The notes under the pieces were generated by a model. That model did not search any database and was not told the origin of the DNA. It was given only the letters and a program-made list of their open reading frames with translations. 43,423 bases of DNA, taken from Chiloscyllium plagiosum. Lineage: Eukaryota. The position numbers and the translations under genes are program-made. Below are positions 35,225 through 43,423 of the stretch, piece by piece (position 1 is the first letter of the stretch; every line of letters starts with the position of its first letter). The DNA is taken from NCBI RefSeq assembly GCF_004010195.1, contig NC_057750.1, forward strand, positions 19,059,346 to 19,102,768, written 5' to 3'.

Positions 35225-36530
35225 ATATATTCAAAAACCTTCTGAAAATCCAAATACATCACACCTACAAGTTCTCTTTTATCTATTCCAGTAGTTACAT
35301 CCTCAAATAACTCCTGTAGATTTGTCAAGTATTATTGGCCATAAACCCATATTGCCTTAGTCTAATCCCACTGATGCTTTACAATTGTTTTGTTATCATC
35401 CATCACATTATAACAGCCTATCACTTTGCTCACTATTGATTTCAGGCTAACTGGTCTGCAATTCTGTGTTTTTCTCTCTGTCTCTTTCTAATTAATGGAG
35501 TTATATTTGCCACAATCCAATCTGTAGGAGCTGTTCCAGAGTCGATAGAATTTTGGAAGATGACCACCAATTTTTCCACAGTCATTTCCTTTAGTACTCT
35601 GGGACACAGATTATCAGACCCTGGTGATTTACCTTCATTAACTTCCTTTGTACTATTTTCTTACTAATGCTGATTTTGTTATGGACTCGACCAGACCACG
35701 CAAAACATTCTTAAGTAGGTAACCCCAGACCTAACTTTGCAATTTGTTTTGGTTAGTGTACAGTGAGAATTACCCCATGTAAGATAGCTAGGTTAACTAC
35801 TAGATTTTAAAACAGAGAAAAATATATTCACAAAATTACACAATGAAACATAAAGAACAGAATAAAGAACCCCTAGAGAACTCAACCTATCCAGCTGGAC
35901 TTAATTATGCTGTTCTGAATACACACATCAGTCCCAACTGAAGTCTCATCTAATCTAAATCTAATCTCATCTGTTTACATATAAACAAAAGGCTCTCAAA
36001 ATCCTTTTCATCTCTGTAGCAAACCAGATTGATCGGAGTCCGGCCCACTTTATTACCCCTCTGAAAAAATCATGGACAGAGTGTCCTTGAGCCAAGGAAC
36101 AGATTTTAGAAAAAAAAAGGGACGAGCCTTGTGACAATTTCCTTCATTTTCTCTCTCTCTCTCTCTCTCTCGATTCCCTAACATTTCAGGGAAGTTGGTT
36201 CTGTCTTCACAAAAAAAAGGCCACAAATAAAGTACATATTTAATTCTTCTGCCATTTCTTTTATCCTCATTATAATTTACCCAGCTTTTGACAGCAAGAA
36301 ACCTACATTTGACTTGATTATCCTGTTCTGTTCACATGATTACAGAAGCCTTTATGGTCAGTTTTTGTGGTCCTTGCAATTTTACTCCCATACTCTATTT
36401 TTCCTTTTTTGATCAAAAGTTTTGTCCTCTTTAATTGAATTCTGAAATATTCACAATCATTAGGTTTTGTGTTTTATCTGGCAACTTAAATATATGCCCT
36501 CTTTGGATTTAATAATATCCCTAATTTATG
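35225..36530 (-). mobile_element. Old CR1 RT region split by a solo LTR
   Basis: Reverse complement of the RT N-terminal region (gcagaccagttagcct, tatggccaataatacttgac). Confidence 0.65.
35677..36136. mobile_element. Solo LTR, probably Ty3/Gypsy
   Basis: TGTTA...TGACA termini, 4-bp TSD attt, 460 bp. Confidence 0.75.
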
Positions 36531-36919
36531 TTAAAAGGCAGCTAGTTTTTAGATCTGATATCTGTTGTAAAAGCACACTTGTGACGACAATATGATAGAA
36601 TTTTAAATTATGATTACAAATGAGTTTGTTCATTCTGAAGCAAGGAAGTTAAGGTTGTATAACTATGAAAGCATGAAGCACAAACTAAGGCTGAGAATTG
36701 ACGTTATAAGGCGTGACTGTACTTGAGAAATGAATTGTTTTTAAGAGAATTATTACATGATTTATAGCAACTATACATTCTTTCACAAATTAAAAACTCA
36801 AAAAAGGTCAGTCAACTGTGTCTAACAATAGAGGTTCAGGGCTGCATCAGATTAAAAGGCCAATAAAATTTCCAGAAACACCCACCATTCTGAAGATTGG
36901 GAGGTTTTTATAATACAGG

Positions 36920-38320
36920 AAAGGAGGACTACGAAAACAATAAGGAAAGGGAGAATAAAATGTGAATGTGGTCAAGCAGGTAGCAAAACAAAAAAATGAC
37001 TCCAAAGGCATCTATAGGTATGTAAAAAGGAAACACTTGACAAAATGAATGTAGGCATATGATAGGTAGAGTCTCAGAATGTCGAGTTGGGGAATAGAGA
37101 AATAGCAGAGAACTTAAATGATGACGTTGCATTTGTTTTCCCTGAGGAAGATCTCAGAAATCTCCCAGAACTCGTTGTCCAAGCAGCTAGAGAGAATGAG
37201 AAGTCGGAAGTAATTAGTATTTATAAGAAGATTATAATAGAGTGATTATAATTTAAAAGTTGTTAAATGCTTAGACCTGATGGTCTACATTTCAGAGTGT
37301 TGAAGGAGGTCACTATAGTGATTGATGATGCATTAATGATTATCTTCCAAATTCCATCGATTCTGGAATACTTTCTGTGGATTGGAAGGCAGCAAATGTC
37401 ACCCACCATGGAAAAATGGATTGAAAGAGAAAACAGGGATCTGTTAGCCTTATACCGGTACTATGGAGACTGCGAGAATCGATTATAAGGGATTGGATAA
37501 ATAGACAGTTAATGATAACGATCTAATTGAGCATAGTCATCATGAATTCACGAAAGGAAATTGTGTTTGATTAACTTGTTGGAGCTTTTTTGAAGACGTT
37601 AGTGAACAAAATTGATGAAGTAGAGTCAATGGATGTAATATATTTTGATTATTAAAAGGATTTTAATAAAGTCTCCCACAGGAGGCTGTTTAGAAAAAGG
37701 AAAGCATGTGGGATAGAAGACAATGTACTGACATGAGTCATTGCTTGGTTAACAGACAGGAGGCAGAGAATAGGAATAAATGAGCCATTCTTGCATTGGC
37801 AGACTGTGACCAGTGGCAAATTTCAAGGATCAGTACTTGATCCCAGATGTTCACGTACACATCAGTGATGTCGATGTGGGGACCAAACGTAGTATTTCCA
37901 AATTTGTGATGATACTTAACAAAATGAAAATGTGCTGTGAGAACGAAGTAAAGAGCAACTTCAGGAATATTTATACAGTGTTAGAGAATGGGCAAAAACA
38001 TGATGGGTGAAATATATGTGGAAAAATGTGAGGGGATTCAATTTTGTAGGAGAAGCTGATGTGTTGAATTTCTGTAAACTAAGAGATTGGAAAATGTAGT
38101 TGCATAAAGGGACTTTGGTATCTTTGTTGATAAGCCACTGAAGACCAACATGCAGGTGCAGCAAGCTATTAGGAAAGTAACAGAATGTTAGCCTTTAATG
38201 CAACAGGATCTGCGTACAGGAGTAATGAAGTCTTGCTTCAGTTGTATAAAAGCTAGTTTAGATTGAACCTGGAGTTTGTGTGCAGTTTTGGTCTCCCTGA
38301 CTCAGAAAAGATATCAATAC
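36920..38320 (+). mobile_element. Old degraded CR1 RT region
   Basis: PDGLHFRVLKEV, HSHHEF and CLINLLE-like motifs with many stops. Confidence 0.75.
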
Positions 38321-39419
38321 TCACTATTTTCCTGTTTCCACTCCTGCTAGAGTGTGACAGTGATTATTACTTCGGATTTTCATCTTTTCAAGTTTCTAAC
38401 TCCAGAAAATCTAACTGCTGGATCTCAATGACTGTCTTCTCTGTACCTTTGATAGCAATACCGCAAGTGTACCGCAAGTGTATCTGGCCAACTTGTCTCT
38501 TGCCAAATATACTTACACCCTCTCTGTGTCATCCTCAAACTCTGGCACCAGGGAGGGGGGCACCTACTATATTGAACTCATTCCAATGTGGGATCATAGG
38601 ATAAGAAGGGATCAATCATGATAGATCTGTCCATCCCAGCTGACTCTGAAACTTCCCAAAATAATGACATTTTTCTGAATTTTGCTTTGTCTTGCCCATT
38701 GGTTTGGTTGTCTGCACTTCAACCCTTCAAAGCTGCCAGCAATGTCCAATACACTTATAGGCTAAAAACTCCTAGATTCACTGCTTCTATCTACTTTTCT
38801 GGATGGCCAACAATCTTTAATCCTGAACTCTGAGTGCTTGAGGAATGTACAACCCAGAAAACTCTTACTCTGTCTGATGCTTCACAGTGACTCTGACTCA
38901 CCCTGACACTCAGAAATCATGAGTTTGAGCTGAAGCAACCAGAGACACTTCCTGGACATCTGATTCCTGAAGACAACAAAAGCTTCCTGAAGTTCCTGCA
39001 TGGATAGGATTTGCAAGCAAGAGGTTATAGATGTCCAGATAAAACTTTCTATTCCCTCTTTAACAATTGAGTCTGTGCCCTGTTTAAAGTATTAACTTCA
39101 TTTACAAACACAGACTTGTGCTAATACACTTATAGGTTTACTTGCCTAATACAAACAACCACTTGAGTTTTAACATTTTTCTTGAGTTGAACAAGTGTCT
39201 CAGCTTAGCAATAAAGGAAAAAATACTCACCAACTAATCATTGCTTCCCTTCCTTCCTTTCAAACTTTGTTTCTTCTGATGCTGTAGCTCCATGTTTTAT
39301 ACTCCCGTCACCTTGCATTCCTGATTTTTACCATCACCATCCTATATTCTTGTTCTTTTTATTCTCATCATGCTGTCTTCTTGCTCTTTACTGTATCACG
39401 CCGTAGTCCTTTGTACATA

Positions 39420-39635
39420 TAGTCATAGTGTCATAGAATCACACAGCACAGAAACAGACTCTTTTGTCCAATTCATCCATGCCGACCAAGTTTCCCAAAC
39501 TAAACTAGTCTCACTATGGGCTGTGCATGCCCATATCCCTCTAAACCTTTCCTATTTATCTGCCTATCCAAATGCCTTTCAAATGTCCTAACTGTAGCTG
39601 CATCTATCACTTCCTCTGGCAGTTCATTCTCCATA
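39420..39635 (-). mobile_element. CR1 3' end
   Basis: agtcatagtgtcataga is the reverse-complement tail. Confidence 0.75.
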
Positions 39636-39639
39636 TTAG

Positions 39640-40070
39640 GGGAGGCGATAGCCTAGTATTATTATGGCTAAACTATTATTCGAGAAACACAGCAAATGTT
39701 TTGGGGACCTGGTTTCAAATCACGCCATGGCAGATGGTGCAATCTGAATTCAATAAATATCTGGAAGTAAGAACCTTATGATAACCATGAAACCACTGCC
39801 AATTGTCAGAAAAACCCATCTGCTTCACTAATGTCCTTCAAGGACACGAATCTGCCATGCTTGTCTGGCCAGGTATACTTGTGACTCCAGATTGACAGCA
39901 ATATGGTTGATTCTAGCAAGCCACTCAATTGTAACAATCACTACAAAGTCTTAACAAAGAAATGAACCTGAATGGACCACCTGACCACCGGAAGTGACAA
40001 TGACAAAAGTAGTCCTGTCTGGCCTGCAGGGCTATTTTTATGAATACTGTGGAGACTGGTGGTCTGAAGT
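39640..40070 (+). mobile_element. SINE-family-2 head continuing into probable LINE B 5' sequence
   Basis: Matches the family up to ~39912, then diverges from the usual tail. Confidence 0.55.
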
Positions 40071-42320
40071 ATATTATTTCAATGCAAGGAATATACATGC
40101 AAGGCAGATGAGCTTAGAGCCTGGATTAGTACATGGAATTATAACATAACAGAAACCTGATTGAGAGTAAGTCAGGTCTTGCAGCTTTCCGTTCCAAGGT
40201 ATAGATGCTGCATTGCTAATTGAAGAAAATGTCACAGCTACTCTAAGAGAAGATATTTTGGAAGCTTCATCCAGCAAAACCATCTGGGTAAAACACAGGA
40301 ATAAGAAAGGTCTACACCAACCCTCCAAAGAGTAACCCACCCAGACCCATTTCCCTCTGACTGATGCACCTAACACTATGGACAATTTAGCATGGCCAAT
40401 TCACCTGACCTGCACATCTTTGGACTGGGAGGAAACTGGAGCACCTGGAGGAAACCCACACAGACACAGGGAGAATGTGCAAACTCCACACAGACAGTCA
40501 CCCAAGGCTGGAATCAAACCTGGGACCCTAGTGCTGTGGGACAGCAGTGCTAACCACTGAGCCACCATGCAACCAGACTGGGGACAGCTGTTTGAGGGTA
40601 CATCCACATCTGACACAAGAGAGCCACTTAATGATTCAGAATTCAGGACCAGCATGTTCCTGTGAGGATGAAAGATAAGGATGGCAAAATTTGGGAACCC
40701 TGGATGACAAGAGATATTGAAAGTTCAGTCAAAAAGAGAAAGGAAACAGATGTAAGGTTCAGGAAACAGAAATCAGACCTTGAGAAATCTAAAGGAATCA
40801 GAAAAGAATTTAAACATAGAATTAGGTGGGTTACAAGGGACCATGAATTGTCCTTGGTAATTAGGATTAAGTAAAATCCCAAAGCAATTTATATTTATAT
40901 CAGGAGCTAAAGGGTAACTAGGGAAAAGATGGGTCCACACAAGGACAGAGAGAATTTATTCATGGAGCGAGTGAATGTGGATGAGGCTCTTAATGAATAT
41001 TTTGCATCAAGAAGAAGGACATGGATAATGGCAAGATTAGGGAGGGGTATGTTAATATTATATGGCACGTTGATTTTAAGAAGGATAAGGAAGGAGGCAA
41101 GGGAGGAGATTGTTGGAGTCTTGACAGAAATTGTATTCTCTTTTGCCAGAGACGAGGTCTCAGAAGGCTGGAGAATAGCCAATGTTATTCCTTTATTTAA
41201 GAAGGGCAAAAGGGATAATCTAGGAAATTATAGGCCTTGTTATCAATGGAAGGAAAATTATTAGAGAAGAGTCTTCATGACAGTATTTACTTATCTTTGG
41301 AAGAGAATATACTTATTAGGGACATTCAACATGGCTTTATGCAGTGGAGATCTTGTCTCACAAATTTGATTGAGCTTTTTGATAAAGTGACAAAGGTGAT
41401 GGATGAGGGTAGGGCAGTAGATGTTGTCTTCATGAGCTTTACTAAAGCATTTGACAAGGTCGCTCATGGTAGACTGGTTCAGAAGACTAAATTACATGAG
41501 ATCCACAGTGAGTTGGTCAGTTTGATACAAATTAACTTGGTCGTAAGCAGAGGGTAGTTCTGAAAGCGCATTTTTCCAACTGGAGGCCTCTAAGCAGTGG
41601 TATACCACAAGGATCAGTGGTACATCTGTTGTTTGTAATTTATGTAAATGATTTGGATGAAAATGTAGATTATCTGATTAGTAAATTAGTAAATGTCATG
41701 TAAATGACATGAAAATTGGTGGAGTTGTGAACAGTGAGAAAAGTTGTCAAAGGATACAACAGGATAATGGAAAGATGGGAAGAGAAATGGCAGATGGAGT
41801 TTAATCCTGTCAAGCATTTTGGGAGGTTAAGTACAAATGGAAAGTATATAGTAAATGGCAGGATCCCTGGGAGCATTGCCTTAAAGAGACACACTGGGGT
41901 GCAAGTCCATAGCTACCTGAAAGTGGTTAAGCAAAGTGGATAAGGTGTAAAGACTACATTAATCATGCTGCCTTCATCAGTTGGGGCACTGAATGTAAAA
42001 GATGGCAAGTCATGTTGCAGCTGTATTAAACTTTAGTTGGGCCACATTTGGAATATTAGGACAGAGAAAATAAAACAGTACAGCTCATAAACAGGCCCTT
42101 TGGCCCACGATGTTGTGCTGAACATGATGGCAAATTAAATTAATCCCTTCTGCCTGCCCTTGGTCCGTATCCTTCCATTTCTTGCATCTTTATAATACTA
42201 TTTAAAAGTCCCTTAAATGCCCTAATCATATCTGCCTCAACCTCCACCCCCATTGCAATTCTGGTCACAACACTATAGGAATAATGCGGAGCCTTTGGGG
42301 AGGATGTAAAAGAAGCTTAA
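40070..42320 (+). mobile_element. Degraded CR1 ORF2 with a SINE (40312-40570) and an antisense CR1 tail (~42060-42252) inserted
   Basis: YFNAR, QHGFMQWRSCLTNLIELF..DEGRAVDVVFMSFTKAFDKV, KWQMEFNP. Confidence 0.85.
40312..40570 (-). mobile_element. HE1-type SINE
   Basis: Reverse-complement head and core. Confidence 0.85.
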
Positions 42321-42514
42321 TAATCGCATATTCAATATTGGATTCAATAATTTTTGGGCCTGAGCACTCTCTCCCATGTGCTTACTCATCCTCACATACT
42401 AGGCCTTGTCATCACATGCGTTGCCACCACAAATACTCCATTGTCAGCTATAAATAGTTCCAATAACAAGTACTTACTCTCCCAGGTTGATCTTTACTCA
42501 TTCCTTTGTTTCGA

Positions 42515-43000
42515 GACTGTAGTGCTTGAAAAGTACAGCAGGTCAGGCAGCATCCAAGGAGCAGGAGAATCAACATTTCAGGCATAAGCCCTTTTATCAG
42601 GAATGAGGCTTGTGGGCCGAGGGTCTGAGAGATAAATGGTAGGGGTGGAATTGGGGGAAGGTAGCTGAAAATGCGATAGGTAGATGAAGGTGGGGAAGAA
42701 GGTGATAGATCAGAGAGGAGGGTGGAGTGGATGGATAGAAAAGGTGATGGACGAGTCAAGAGGCTTGGGATTGGGATAATGTGGGGGAGGGGAAATGAGG
42801 AAACTGATGAAATCCACATTTATCCCATGTGTTGCAGGGTCCCAAGGCAAAAGAGATGTTCTTCCTCCAGGTGTCAGGTGTTTAGGGCTTGGCAATGGAG
42901 GATGCCCAGGACCTGCATGTCCTTGACAGAGTGGGAGGGAGAGTTTACATGTTTGGCCACATGGCAGTGGGGTTCGTTGGTGCAGATGTCATTTCCTTGG
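42515..43000 (-). mobile_element. Penelope-like P2 3' fragment
   Basis: VAKHVNSPSHSVKDMQVLGILH; collinear with 11597-12146. Confidence 0.85.
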
Positions 43001-43206
43001 CAGAGTGGGAGAGGGAGTTGCCCAATTCCTGTGTTCTCTATCTGGATTCCATCTCCACCTATCATTTACTCCTACCCCTTCACCCATCCGATCTTCAGCA
43101 TATCAGCAACCTTTTGCTAGCTACAGTCAATTCTGAAGAAAAGGGTTACTCGATTTGAAACATTAACTCTGCTGTGTCTCCACAGATGCTGCCAGACTCA
43201 GGTTGG

Positions 43207-43423
43207 ATAAAAGGGAACATCAAGAGGTTCTTCATCCTCAAAGGTGTTCAGGAGGCGAGAGAGAGGCGGGGAAAACTGTCCCAGCTCCAGGAAAGTATGC
43301 AGAACCTGCTCCTGCTGCAGACGATGGGGGTGGATGTCATGGAGGACCTCAAGGAGGTGAAAGGCCAGCAAGCCTCGCTCTTTGCTTCGGAGGCCTCCAA
43401 GATAATCTTCCAGTCCAGGGTCC
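43207..43423 (+). mobile_element. Tx1/L1-clade LINE ORF2 fragment running off the window
   Basis: Open frame IKGNIKRFFILKGVQEARERRGKLSQLQ..EASKIIFQSRV resembles the EN-RT linker of Tx1-like elements; no catalytic motif visible. Confidence 0.65.

Overview
Vertebrate nuclear DNA, almost certainly a shark or other elasmobranch, judged from HE1-type tRNA-derived SINEs, abundant CR1 LINEs and Penelope-like elements. Most of the window is nested retroelement debris: CR1, a second CR1-group LINE with a partner SINE, Rex1/Babar, Penelope-like elements, a Tx1/L1 fragment and a solo LTR. There are also minisatellites and two assembly gaps. The best host-gene signal is absent from the ORF track: the 5' part of a + strand NKPD1-like KAP-family P-loop NTPase gene. 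It has a candidate 5'UTR exon ending at 12609, an ATG exon at 14015-14064 and a Walker-A exon at 21482-21610, splicing to MSNFDCNDQTEYEAYAKCLGKALCYIPTPTTVGLYAPWGSGINQLLHNVQ. Other notable structures are minimal hammerhead ribozyme motifs in Penelope termini, two VNTR-containing elements sharing a Rex1/Babar-type 3' tail, and a tailless tRNA-head insertion with a perfect 45-bp duplication. All assignments are by eye and from remembered family motifs; no searches were run, and boundaries of old repeats are approximate. Labels P1, P2, LINE B and SINE family 2 are my own working names.
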